Origin: Selaginella moellendorffii | Lineage: Eukaryota; Plantae; Lycopodiophyta | NCBI RefSeq assembly: GCF_000143415.4 | Contig: NW_003314368.1 | Span: forward strand, 268,792 to 332,791 | Length of the DNA stretch: 64,000 nt | Direction of reading: 5' to 3' | Shown: positions 11,087 to 25,100 of the stretch, in pieces | How the letters are laid out: each line of letters begins with the position of its first letter | How positions within the stretch are numbered: position 1 is the stretch's first letter | Position numbers and translations under genes: made by a program | Notes under the pieces: model-generated | What the model was told of the DNA's origin: nothing | What the model saw: the letters and a program-made list of their open reading frames with translations, nothing else | The model's database searches: none

Positions 11087-14000
11087 TCAAAAACTCACTC
11101 GCACAAAAATAAGATCACCCACCTTATATTCCCAGAATTGGTGATGCTCATTGGCAAACTTCTTCACTCTATCCTGAGCTACTTGCAAATTTCGTTTGCA
11201 CAGCACCAGAATCTCATCAAGTTCTATGGCCAGATCAGTCACCTCGGAATCAAGTTTATCTTGAATGTCCTTACTCAAATGCAATCCTAACTCCATTGTT
11301 GTTCATAGATGCCTTCCAAACATGGCAAAGTAAGGACTTAGCTTGGTTCTACTGTGTTAGCTATTGTTGTAAGCAAATTGCACCAACGGAAGATATAGAT
11401 CCTATTGTTTTTGCTTTTGACTAATGCTACAATATAGCATATCCTCCACCACCTGATTCACATGCTCGGTTTGCCCATCCGTCTGAGGATGATCTCCACT
11501 CAAGAGTTTCAAAGTCACTTGCATAGCCTTTGCAAAGCTTTTCCAAAATCCACTGGTGAACTTTGAATCTCAATCACTAATGATGTCCTTCGGCAAACCA
11601 AAATTAGGAAAAACCTTCTCCAGGTAAACTGTAGCCAAGTTTAAGCCAGTGACAGTCTTCCGAAGAGCCAACAACTGCACATACTTCGTCAATTGATCCA
11701 CTATAACCCATACTTGTTCTTTTTGCCTCTGTGTTCATGGCAAACAAGTGATGAAGTCTATAGAGATATTACACCAACAGCTCTAAGGAATAGGTAAAGG
11801 TTGCAAAAATCCCCCTACCTTCTCCCATAGCACCTTAACCCGCTGACAAAGCTCGCATGATTTACAATACTTGAGGATATTAGCCTTTATATTCCTCCAA
11901 TAAAAACTGCACTTAATCAAGTCATATGTCTTCTTCCCCCCAAAATGACTGGCCTCGGGACAGTCATGATAGTGGAATAAAACTTGAGTAATTAACGCAT
12001 CCACCCGTGGCAAATATACATGGCCATTATAGTAGAGAATCCCATCCACCAATGAGAAAGGGGTTTCCATCTGGTCTCGCAAAGAAGCCACCTCAGTATC
12101 TTGAGCCTGAGCATGCTCAACCAACTGCCCAAACTCGCTGACCACCTTACTCAAATGATGACAAAATCATGTTTGTAATGTCATCACATGACGAACATGA
12201 GATAAAGCATCTGCCACCATATATGATTTTTCCAGACGATGCTCAATAGGAAACTCCCCAAACTCCATGAGTTTGACCATCCAACGAGCTTGCTTAGTGT
12301 TCAACTCCTTCTGTGTGAAAAGATACATAAATGGTTTGTGATCTGTCAACACCACGAACATTGCACCATAAAGATAGTGCCACCACATCCATAAAGCATG
12401 AACAATAGAGAGTAACTCTTGCTCATATGTGGAATAGTGTTGCTCCACGGAATTCAAAGTCCTTCTTGCATGAAAACTCCTCCCAGTGCATAACCACTCG
12501 CATCACATGTCACCTCGTAAGGTTTTGATAGATCAACAATGCGAAGCACTAGAGTCTTGCTCAACAATTGTTTCAGTACCACAAAACTCTCCTCTTGTGG
12601 TTGCTTCCACTCGAATGGCACATTCTTGCGTAACAACCATATCAAAGGAATAGCCACCTCGGCAAAATTATGCTGGAAACATCGGTAGTAACTAGCCATA
12701 CCAAGAAAACTGCGCAACTCGGCCACTATAATCGGTGTAGGCCAGTTCTCCACCACAGCCACTTTCCTTGGATCTGTCTTGACACCCTTAGATGTCATAA
12801 TATAGCCTAGATATTCCACCTTCGACTTTGCAAATTCACATTTGCTCATCTTCGCATAAAGTTTGCTATCTCGGAGTAACAAAAGAACCTTGTGCAAATG
12901 CACCTTATACTCCTCCATATTCTTGCTAAAAACAAGAATATCATCCAAGAAAATCTCTACAAACTTATGAAGATAATGCCCAAATACCTCCGTCATCAAC
13001 CGAGTAAATGTGGCTAGTGCATTCATCAAACCAAACGGCATAACTGTAAACTCAAAATGTCCGAAGCTTGTGTTGAATGCCGTCTTGGAAATAGATGCAT
13101 CATCCATTGCAATCTAATGATATCCACTCCCTAGACGAAGACTTACTTGGCTGAATAAATCCAAACTCAAGTAACTCCTTGTCTTGTCATTAAACTTCTT
13201 GCTCCTCCGCATAACTTAACCGAAATGGACGCCAATAAATTGGCCACATCCCCGGCTCCAAAGTAATCCTATGCTCCACACCTCGTAACAAAGGCAACCC
13301 ATGAGGAAGTTCTAATGGAAAAACATCAGAAAACTCGTCAAGTACATCCCATACTGTTGCTTCTTCCCCACACGTGCCTTGGGCCCCCAAGTCACGAACA
13401 AACAGCAAGTAACTCGAAATTGTTTTTCCATTACGACAAACTTGTTTCAAAGATGTAGCAGAGAGCATAACAACTGGTGGTTGAACACCTTTGCCAAACC
13501 ACAGATCTTTAATGCCACCATACTCCAGCAAGACATGGTTAATACTCCACTTTATCTCTGGATCCACCTTCACTAACCATGGCATCCCAAGAATGAAATC
13601 CACACGATGGATATTCGGGAGATAAAAAGTCTTCATAAGTGTGGTTTTGCCAACTAACACTTCCAGCCCCCTCAACATAAGCATCAAAATGCTGAGCAAA
13701 GGTAGCTGCACATTGCTGTAGGGATTGGAAAGTGATGTGTATATGTATGCATTTGGATGAGTTCTCATAGGGTCCCACCACATCATCATGCCATGTCTAG
13801 GGACGTAGAGGGCGACGATGGGGAAGTACTCTCCCATTATTTGGGACCTTGATGACGGCAGGAAATCTGATGTATTTTAATTGTTTAAGGCAACACTCTT
13901 CTAAATTTATGTATAAATTAAAAGTATTAGGATCCTATCCCTTACACCCTAAGCCAACTAGCTAAAGGGGTGATCACTTGATTGTAGAGCCCTTTCCTTA

Positions 14001-15217
14001 TCCTATTATCTTGACTTGGTGCCTAACAATCCTCCCTTCATTAGGGAATGATCATCCGCAATCATACTTAGGCCACCCTTCGGTCACTATGGTCTTTCTC
14101 TTAGGGTTATTAACCAACACTTCCAGCTGCTCGACACAAGCATCGAAATGTTGAGCAAAGGTAGCTGCACTGTTAGGATCCTATCCCTTACACCCTAAGC
14201 CAATTGGCTAAAGGGTGATCACTTGATTGTAAGGCCCTTTCCTTATCCTATTATCTTGACTTGGTGCCTAACAATCCTCCCCTCGTTAGGGAATGATCAT
14301 CCGCAATCATAATTAGGCCACCCTTCAGTCACCATGGTCCTTCTCTTAGGGTCTACCAACCCTCCTCTAGATTCACCATGTTGAATATTCCTTTAGAAAT
14401 ATTCCTACCCTACTCGTCAGCCACGAGAATCGAATTGGGCTCCGATACCAATATTAGAATCCTATTCCTTACACCCTAAGCCAACTAGCTAAAGGGGTGA
14501 TCACTTGATTGTAAGGCCCTTTCCTTATCCTATTATCTTGACCTGGTGCCTAAGTGTATGGAAGAACTCCATGTGTGACTAGGCTATGCTCCGCAACAAA
14601 CTTTGCCGAAATAAAGTTGTCATTGCTCCCATTATCCAGTAAAATCCGCATTGGATCACCATAGAACACGTCCTCCAGCATTAAAGCTGATTCACGCGTA
14701 TCCTCGAGCTCCATCTTGTTCCACACATAATTGAGTTGACGAGCAACGATCGAAAGTCTTTTCCTCTTACCAGAATGGTTGTTCTCATCATCCTCACATT
14801 GCAAAGTTTGCAACTTTTTAGTATCTAACTTACTGTGAGTAGAAGATTGGCCATAAGGGCTCATAGCTCATGAACCACATTTTGAATTGTCCAAATCTTT
14901 GCAACTCTATTGGCACTATCGTTAGCAATAGGATTCCAGTGTTCAACTTGATCGGCCATCGCAACCAACTCCTCTGATATTAATATTATGATCCAGCCCA
15001 AAAAGACAGAGATCTAGTTGCCCTAAACTATGCTACACCACCTCTTGAGGTTCCTCACCACCCAACCACCCCCGAGCTACCTCAAAAGCTTCACTGGGCC
15101 GCTGCTCCACTATGAGCCCTAGGGTAGGGTTGAGTCTTTTACCCTAACATGCCTTAATATATCCTTGAGCCTCCTTTTGACCGACGTTGACCACGTGGTC
15201 AAAGTTGGCACCTAACA
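11087..15217 (-). mobile_element. Decayed Ty3/gypsy LTR retrotransposon (PR-RT-RH-INT), 3' truncated, with nested insertions
   Basis: Protease ILLDNGS (14550-14864), RT KTAF...FGL...FLDD (12454-13107), RNase H TDHKP...VADALS, integrase H..H...C..C (11783-12154). 5' LTR at about 14983-15217 with a decayed Met-PBS (CTCTGATATTA on + at 14972-14982). Confidence 0.9.
14171..14553 (-). mobile_element. TRIM (about 380 bp, 103-bp LTRs); an extra LTR plus partial internal copy at 13925-14110
   Basis: LTR TGTTAGGATCC...GTGCCTAACA at 13925-14028, 14171-14273 and 14452-14553; PBS TGGTATCGGAGC (minus, ending at 14450); PPT (ATCCTCCCCTC on +) next to the 3' LTR. Confidence 0.85.
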
Positions 15218-15599
15218 AATAAGCATGGAAGAGAAAAGTAGATATTGAGCAAATGGAGTATATATTATTATGGTCAAGGATATAAAAAGACAGAAAGGGG
15301 ATCAGTTTAGCATGATCACCAGCCTATATATCCACTACATGCCTAGTCATCCATGTCAGGAATTTGGACCAAAAGAAATCTTAATCTCAATTTTTAACTC
15401 AAGAAATACCTTTGCTTGGAAATTTATCGGATGAGTAACGCTTTCCTTTCTTTGCTTGTTTTCATTTTTCTTCCATTCGTAGCCAGCTCCTACCTCATTG
15501 AAAAATAGTATTGTTTTTGTCTTCTCTTTTGTGCAGAAGTGAGCCTTCAGGGTGACGACCTTGGAGAAACCATATCCATGGTAAAAATGTTGAGGAAGC

Positions 15600-16120
15600 T
15601 ACGAACGTGAAAGCTGGAACGTGGGTGGGATCTTTCCGTCAAGTGAGTGGCGGAACACCTTGGTGTCTTTATAGACAGGGAAGAGTGATAAACTTTCCTA
15701 TCGATATGCTGGTCCATATGAAGTGCTGGAGCGCATTGGTAAAGTGGCTTATCAGGTGCGGCTGCTAGCTAGGGTGAAAATTCATCCGATATTTTATATC
15801 AACCAATTAAAAGGTGTACTATCTCGAAGTGACAGGCCTAATGCCTCCTTGATGTATACGGCTGTGGAAGATGGACTAGGAGCTTTGTTTGGGGGGGGAA
15901 GAATTGTTAGGCGCCAACTTTGACCACGTGGTTAACATCAATCAAAGGGAGGCTCAAGGATATATTAAAGCATGTTAGGGTAAGGGACTCAACCCTACCC
16001 TAGGGCTCACAGTGGAGCTTTTGAGGTAGCTTGGGGGTGGTTGGGTGGTGAAGAACCTCAAGAGGTGGTGTAGCATAGTCTAGGGGGATTAGATCTCTGT
16101 CTTTTTGCATCGGAATAACA
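15600..16120 (+). mobile_element. 3' end of a gypsy element (integrase C-terminus, PPT, 3' LTR), same LTR family as the 11-15 kb element but opposite orientation
   Basis: [42 protein letters not shown], and LTR 15905-16120 (TGTTAGG...AATAACA), which is the reverse complement of about 14983-15217. Confidence 0.85.
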
Positions 16121-16296
16121 CTATCTTACTCATTACTTTCTGGGGATTAAGGCTATGAGATGTAGATCAATCTCAATATTAACATCTTTGCGATAACACA
16201 TAGCTAAGTATTTCTTTCCTTTTTATGTTTGGATCTAGATTAGATTAGAGAGGATTCACAAGATCGTTGTAGAGGTGATTTTGTAGTTTTCCACTT

Positions 16297-16313
16297 TGGC
16301 GACCACAGTGGGA
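16297..16313 (+). other. Primer binding site complementary to a tRNA-Arg 3' end
   Basis: TGGCGACCACAGTGGGA just after an LTR-like end (...TTCCA at 16293); it matches the reverse complement of the plant tRNA-Arg(UCG) 3' end as I recall it. Confidence 0.7.
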
Positions 16314-19300
16314 TAGGCAAAGTGAAGAGCACCCAAAGAACAAAGACTGGAAGCCTTGGCCACAACTAAAAGAAGAAGCCGAAGTCAAGAATTAAGGGAA
16401 AAGTTGAAAAGAGACAAAAAGAAGAAAACTAACAAAATTCTAGATCAAGAAGCATGGAAATCATGTTAGAGACCAAGGGCTTGAAGACTACGATCATCTA
16501 GTGATCCACCACTTCTCAAAAAGTCCAAGCATCTTCTATAACCGCCTTTTGGCAAGAGGTTGAAGACGAAGGATATTCTACACATCAGAATATTTGAAGA
16601 ATCTCTGACAAGAAATCAGAGCAAGTGCATGCTAACAAACATGAAAACATGAAGAATGATCAAGCATGAATGTTCCTTCAATGATCCCAAATATACAAGA
16701 TATGAAGATTGCCTTTTGTGTGGTTTCAGGAATTGTGCCAAACCACACACACAATGTTGTCTTAAATGGCGTTGCAACACTTGCAAACTAACAAAAGCAA
16801 AGTTAAGAATCAAGGATTAAAAAAAAGCTATAGTAGAAGTTAGAAAAGACCAAGAAAAAAAGGTGAAAGAAATTACCCAAAAATACAAAACCGAAAAGAT
16901 TAACGATAGCTTAGAACAAGAAGAGAAACAAAGCTTCAGTTGCTTTCTAAAACTCCAAAAAATAATTTTGTGACTCTTTTACAAATTTTCTAGTAAATAA
17001 GAAGAATGCAAAAATGAGGAAATGTTGAAAGAAACGATAAATGTTTGTTGAAAGATGTGTATACGATACACCTAAGTTAGGGTTCTTCGAGTTGTAAAAT
17101 TCCTAGACATACATAAACATGAAACTTTTCAACCACTAACGCTTGTTTTCAACATTGATTTGACGAAAGTCATAGCAACAATAGAGTGTGGAACCTTTGA
17201 ACCATAAGTTCACTTGTTTGTTAACACTCTTAGATTTAGAGATTTTGAAGAGAATGCAAAATTACCTTACCGACTTCTTCAAAGTCCTCTTGGTGTAATA
17301 CTACCAATAAGCACTCTTATTGAACTATATACTATAACATATTGGCATTGTTTAGGATGGATGAGAATAGCTGGAGAATTAAGAAATCAAGGACAAGGCA
17401 ATTAACAAATTCGAATTAAGAATTTGAGTTCAAGAAACTGACGGGAACTTGAACTTGAGTCAAGTTCAAGGGAACGACTTGAAAGCTTGAGGATTACGAA
17501 TCGAAGGAGGAGAAATTTAAGATGGAATCACAATAGGCCAAGATTATATACAGTAATAAACTTCAACTTTGACACTGAGGTCCAATGTCGAAACCCTAGC
17601 TTAGAGATAAATATCACTCACAGCCAACAAGGAAGAGTGCATCCAAGAAATCTCAACATTTTAAAGAGTATTTTAGGAGCTCCTATGTCAAAATTTCAAA
17701 CTTATAATCCAAGAATATTAATTGAGATTATACCTTGGGAAGCTCATGAAGCGATCAACTCTAATTGTGAAAGAAAACATGCTATACAACAGAGGTAAGT
17801 ATAGAATCAGGGAAATGAACCATCATGAAATCGAAGGCAATGTGTAAGGCAGAACCAATGAGTTAACACAAGAAGCTAACAAGATCAAGAATTCATTTGA
17901 TAGACACGAGACATACAAAAACATTACTATGAAAGAGCATTCTTATTCTGCAAACTTGGAAGCTGGAGTTTATAGAGCACAGCTGGAACATACCTACCTC
18001 AAGATAAAGAAAGGACTTTAGAGAAAAGAGTGCTGTATAGGTCCGTGCACATATGAGATTGATCAAAGATAAAGAAATTTGTTGGAATCTTTACCTTGAC
18101 ACTTGGACTCAGCTCAAGGATAAAGAGGTCCATAAAACAAGAATTTTGAAGACCTATACTTAGTGAAGAGATTGAAGATTGAAGGGTTCAAATATATCAA
18201 GCCATAACCACAATCTTCCAATCTCACAACTAATTAGAAAACATAGTCTTTGGTTATAAGAGCCTATATCTTGGGAAAAGAAGCCCAAAACCACTATATG
18301 AATACTTATTAAAAATTGGACTCTTGCAGTGAGTCTTGATAATATATATATTTGTTCGATCCAAATGTTGGAGAACAGCACCACACCTTACATCTTATCA
18401 ACTACTATAACCATATAAAAATACCTTTCCTGAGTCCGTGTAGGAAAGTGACCTCGAGTAGAGACTCGGGAAGAATCAAGAAAGAAATACTCAATTGAAG
18501 ATTCAAGCTAGGAGCTTGACTTCTGATTATGATTGAAGATTCAAGACAATATAGATTGACTTTGTTACTTACAAACAGACAAGTTTCGGGATATTAATAC
18601 ATACACCTTCAAACAAATATTATTACAAGGATACTCAAGACATATAGCTTGACTTCGACTTTACACAAATATACCACCAAAGTGAAGGTTTCTAAAACAA
18701 GAATATCTCAATATATTTAGACGACTGAATGTACCCCAATAGGACCAATCCTATAAAAGCTCAAGAAAGAGATTTATGAAACCAGATAAGAAATGAAGGA
18801 ACATTTTCCAATTAAGACATACAGAGGAATAAGAGCGTATAATAATTGAGTTACAAGATAAATTTGAACAAGAATTTCAAAACAAAACAGGAACTACTAG
18901 TTCCCAAAGACCAAGTGAGAAAACCTCTGTCACAACTACACCAGATTTACACTTGATTGAGGACGACACTTTAGATCAAGGGGTTTATACAACCCAAAGC
19001 TCAAACTCTCAACACAAGATCAGCAACCATCAATGGCAATCATCAACCTGATGAATACAATTGGAAGCATGATTACATATTTGATTTTCACCAGAAGTAA
19101 GTCAGAAGATTCAGGATTACATATAACACAATTCAACTAATTGTCAAGATAAACAATCAAGAATAGCATCAAGCCATACTTTTCCCATACACACTTAAAG
19201 GAAAAGCTCTTGAGTGCTATAATACTCTAGAGGATTCTGTACCATATGATGAGAAACTTGAACAATTCAAGGAACAGTTCCCAGTAGAAGGAACACCAAA

Positions 19301-21821
19301 GAAGCATTATGAGCAAATTAAGAATATAAAATAGTGACCAAAGGAAGGAATTCAAGACTATACTATACAATTCAAATTACATTCAAAGAAATGTAAGGAT
19401 TTAATCACTGACAAAGGCAAGAGTTTATCTTACATACAAGGATTACGAGAAGCCTATCAAAACATGATAACCTTGGTTGATACACCTAATGAAGAAAGTG
19501 TTGATTCACTATTTTAAGGAATTTTAAAACTTTAGAAATGGTTTAAACAATTCACTAAAGGTGAACCTTCTCATGCTAATGATGACTTGGATGATGAAGA
19601 GGAAGAAATACTAATCAAAACCAAGAAGAAATAGATATAGGATAAAGATATTAAACATGTATTGAAGAAGTTAGCTTTAACCAAGCTTAAACAAGGAGTC
19701 TTTTGTACACAATGCAAAAATGAAGGACATTTTATTTCAAACTACAAATTTCATTTACCCAAATGTCAGATTTGTGATAGAGATGGACATATAGCCAAGA
19801 ATTGTCGATATAGAAATACGACTAAAGTTTCGTGGAAAATGTTCAAAGAGGACCACCACAACAAAATTATCAAGGAAACAACAACCATGAACAAAGACTA
19901 CCAAGAAACTATTATTACCAAGATAATCAACAATATAATCAAGAATATAATTGTGGATATAATCCCCCACAAAATCAAAACTATAGTCAAGGACAAAATA
20001 ATTATAGAGGCAATTACAACCAACAACGATACAATGGATAATTAAACAATTATCAATGTCCACAAGGGAACAACTACAACCAAAGCCAACAAAGAAAATA
20101 AAACACTTACAACAATCAAGCACTACAATAAAATTATCCACCAAAACAAAATCAATTTAGACAATAATACAATCCACAAAACCAAAGAGTCAATCAAACT
20201 TTTGTTGGAAGACCATCAGTAGCACAAGCAGTCCAAGTAGAAGTTGATATAGAATATAAAGAAAAAGTAATGACTAAAGAACCAGAAGTTTTGGCAATCA
20301 CAAGAACACAATATGAATGTCAACAACTTGATAATTATGAAGAACAAGATGAAAGTGATCAAGCATTAGAAATTGAGAATACAGAATGGAAAAAGTGTAA
20401 GAAAATACTTAAAACTATTCAACAAAAGCTTCAAAACAAAGTCCCGAAATTATTAATGATCAAATATACAATCAAGATAACTAAACTCAAGTATTAAGCT
20501 TTACTCAAGATGAGCATACAACCATTATTGAACACATACTACAACAAGGAATTACTTTAACCTTATAACAAATACTGTAAATGGCACTATATATGAAAGA
20601 CCAAATCTTAAAGATATGTAATCGAAGGATCTTTAAAGCTCATACACAAGAAAACACTAATCTCAACCAACACAATAAGAACATACCAAAAGAATCCAAC
20701 TTGGTGATTATGATGATAATGTACCTTGTATCAACGTATATATTGGCAAAAATCATATTGAAGAAGCTATCTTTGATGGAGGTTCTGTGGTTAACATCAT
20801 CGAATATGCACTATGCAAAGCCTTAGGACTTGGCAATATACAAAGTGCACCATTCAACGTACACATGGCTGATCAAAGAGTAGTTAGACTAGCAGGCATT
20901 ATATGTGATATCTTTATGACAATCAAAGGACATAAATTTACAGTTAACTTTGTTGTGTTAAAAATGCCGATTGAAGAATCTTCTTATGAAATCTTGCTAG
21001 GCAGACACAAAGCTGTTTATGCACAATATTTGATGGAACATGAGATATGTATACAATCCCAAAAAGGACAAACTAAAATATCAACATTAACAAGCAACAA
21101 AATTTTAAGAAGTTTCCAACCAACACAAGTTCAAAAGTACAATTAGCAAAAAGGCGTAGACAATCTTGAAGAAGCTAAATTATTTGAAGCATATCCTGAA
21201 CTTAAGGCAATCCAAGAAATTGACCTCAACAGGATACTTCCTGTATCCAAGTGTCAAGACTATGAAGATTCAAAACAACCAAATTTAAAGAAGACAAATA
21301 TAACAAAAACCACTATACAAAAAGCAAGACCAGCAATACAACCAAAACAACTACAAACTATAGAATATCACTTAAATATACAAGGCTGATCAACTCTCAC
21401 CACTGAAAATCAAGAATTCAAACTTCGCATAAATATCAATAAAGACATTGAAGAATTAAATCTAGGGACTCCCTCAAACCCACAAAATGTCTTAATAGTT
21501 ACACAATTTGACAAAACTTTAAACTTGATGCTACTGTGCTCTTTATTAAGTATAAAGATGTTTTTACTTGGTCATATAAAGACCTCAAAGGTATACCACC
21601 TGATTTATGTACACATCGAATTGAATTACTTCTAGGAATTCGACCTATTAAAGAAATTGCTTACCAAATGAATCCAACGTTCATTGAAAAAGTAAAAGCT
21701 GAAATCAACAAAATCCTTGAAGCAGGATTTATATATCCAATACAAAATGCCCAATGGCTATCACTTTTAGTCATTGTACCTAAGAAAAATGGGAAATTAC
21801 GCATCTGTGTAAACTACAAGA

Positions 21822-22108
21822 ATGCTTTATTTCGTTAAAGTGGAATTTATTCAGTAAAGTCGGACATTAATTAGCATGTGTCCACATGCCATTTCCTAGT
21901 ACTTAATTAATATTTATTAATATTTCTATCAGTTTTTTAATTTATTTTTTATATTTCACAATATTATAACACAAAATCATATGAAAAGTTTTTAATTTAT
22001 AAATTATAAAGCTAAAACTTCAATTTTTTATTGTTGTTATAAAAATGGCATGTGGCCACACACCATAAGTGGGATAATGAAAAGTTCCACTTTAACGAAA
22101 TAAAGCAT
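21822..22108. mobile_element. MITE (287 bp) inserted in the gypsy RT
   Basis: 24-bp perfect TIR ATGCTTTATTTCGTTAAAGTGGAA, inverted subterminal CCACATGCCATTT, AT-rich core. It splits RT between RICVNYK and KLNDATTKD. Confidence 0.9.
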
Positions 22109-25100
22109 AAAAAGTTAAATGATGCCACTACAAAAGATGCCTTTCCTATACCATTTTCAGATGAAATACTTGATGCTATAGCTGGTTATAAGATGTACTC
22201 ATTTCTTGACGGTATTTCAAGCTACAATCAAGTACACATAGCTGTCACAGATCAACATAAAATAACTTTTATAAGTCCATAGGGAGCATATATATACATG
22301 CGAATGCTATTTGGATTAACCAATGCCCCATTTACCTTTTAACATATCATTACTGATACCTTCCAAGTGTCTTTATTTTAAATATCTCGAGAAATGTTTT
22401 ATCAAATGTAGACAAAACCAAGTTGCTCTTAATCCTAAAAAATGTACTTTCTTTATTAAATCAGGAATACTATTTGGCCACATTGTTTCCACTCAAAGCA
22501 TTCCAATTGATAAAGCTAAAACCGATGTTATTATGAAAATGCAACCACCTAATGATCTCAAAAGTTTGAGAAGTTTTCTAGGTAAGATGGGTTACCATCA
22601 AAGATTTATCAAGGACTATGCCAAAGTAGCTAAACCATTAACTGATTTACTCAAGAAAGACAAATTCTATCATTCGACTCAAGAATGTCAGCAAACATTC
22701 TTGATACTCAAAGATAAACTTACATAGGAGTAATTCTTTGCCAACATAAAGATGATAATTGTGATCACCCCATATATTATGCAAGTTGACAACCTTCTCC
22801 ACCCGAAATGAATTATACAACTATAGAAAAAGAAGCCTTAGGCATGATATATGTCTTAACCAAATTCCAATACTATTTACTTTCCAACAAAGTAAAAATA
22901 TTTGTCAATCATCAAGCATTGATTCATCTATTTAACAAACCCATCCTTAGCAAAAGAATAGCAAGATGGTTTTTGTTATTACAAGGATTCAATTTTGAGA
23001 TAATTCACAAACCTGGCAAATACCATGAACAAGCTCATCATCTCAATAGAATTACAACCAGGGAAAATATACAAGACCCCAACAATGACTTACCCGATTC
23101 ACATTTTTTTAAAATTACCACCCATAATACACTTCAAGAAATCTTTAGTTATTTAACAACTACAAAAGTTCCCACATCATGTACCATGAAAGATCAAAGA
23201 AAACAATTTGTTTTGAGAACATGATGATACTCAGTCGTCGGAGGAAAACTCTATAAAATTGGACATGATAATATATTAAGAAAATGTGTAAGATCACAAG
23301 AAGAAATACAAGAGTTACTAGAAGAAGCCCATGCAAGTTGTTCTAGTGGGCATTTTGCAGAAGAAATTACAGCAAGAAAAATATTGCAAGCAAGCCTATG
23401 GTGGCCTACATTATGAAAAGACACTTCACAGTTTTGTCAAATTTGTGATATTTGTCAACGTATAAAATTTCCACCCAAGAAACAAACACAAAAACTAAAT
23501 TTGACTATAGCAATGGAACCTTTTCAACGATGGAGCCTAGATTTTGTAGGACCTAGAAGCTCAACCATTCAAGAAAGCGACAACAAAGAATACAGTTAAG
23601 TTTTTTTATGAAATAATTATCACAAGATATGGATTACCTTGAGAAATGGTAATGGATAGAGGAGCACATTTCCTCAATGAAAAAATCAAGATTTTATTAG
23701 ACAAATTCATCATCAAACATAAGAAATCTACACCATATTATCCACAGGGCAACAACCAAGCCGAATCCACAAACAAAACACTCAAGAATATATTGAAGAA
23801 AATAGTGCAAATCAATCTTAAAGATTGGGATAATAAAGTTTATGATGCTCTTTGGGCTTATAAAATAGCATATAAAGTTTCAACAAATTCAACTCCATTC
23901 AAATTAGCTTATGGACTTGAAGCTTTGACACCACTAGAATATACTATACCATCCTTGAGAATGGCAATTCAGCTGCAAATTAATCAAGAAGAATCAATCA
24001 AGAAAAGATTGACTATGTTAGAAAAGTTAGATGAAGAAAGATTATATGCTTTATGAACAATTGAAGCTATACAAGCAAGAAGAAAAGCTTATCACGATAG
24101 AAAACAAACTATAAAGAAAACTAATAGATTTGAAGTTGGGAATTTGTTCCATGGTATAAAGGAAGTGTTGACAAAATAGGAGGCAAATTGGTACATCAAT
24201 GGGAAGGACCATTCAAGATCACAAATATGTAAACACCCGGCATAGCCCACTTAATAACACTTGATGATGAAGAAATTCAAATAGTCAATCTCAACAAATT
24301 GAGAAAATATCAAGAACCAAGCATAGCATATATGCAAGCCATGCACACCATGCTAGAATTGACTACCAATGAAACTAATACAACTCACGTTGCACACAAA
24401 ACAGTTCCACAACAATCACAAACAACTCTACTCAAGAAAAGACTTAGTGACAATGCAAGAACACCATATGAACAAAACAATGAAACAGAGTTAGCCCTAA
24501 CCCTGACGGCTGATAGCGAGAGGAAGCGCACACTGGAAAATCAAAGGGTAAGCGTGAGTGGCAAGCAAATCTTGAGATCACAAGTGTGCTAGAGAGTGAT
24601 CATCAGCTAGGTGCTCTCACCCATCTCAAACGAGTGCATCAGATTCTAAGAAATGCACCAATCGAGAGCGACAAGAAGAAAGTGCAAGCGCATTCTCAAT
24701 AGAGCCGAAGAGTCGACACAATGCGAACCAAGCAAACACCCAAGATAGATACCGTCATCCTCAAAATCTCGAGTGGCAATTCGATGCGGATGCCAAGCGT
24801 TGGACTCACAATCATGGCCTCTTCGACTTTGTAGAATGAATGGTGGGATATCTCATGAATCAAGTGAGCAATGAGAGGGCTCACTTGATGGATCTCGCCA
24901 CCAGCCAGGTTGAACTTGAAGATTTGGAGTTGGCAGCAGCTCTATGCCTCCCAAATGAAGGCGAGCAAGTCTCTGCTCCATGCACATGGGCTTTAAGTCA
25001 TGACATCATGAAAGATCTTGGGAGCAACAACTCGGCGCTTAGTTTGCAATTCTCCAACATCAAGGACGAGTTCTACAAGATCTTCAAGTTCCTTGTTCTC

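Noticed and set aside
13190-13837. 215-aa ORF as a single protein
   Set aside because: A chimera of an inserted stretch and the gypsy protease-RT linker.
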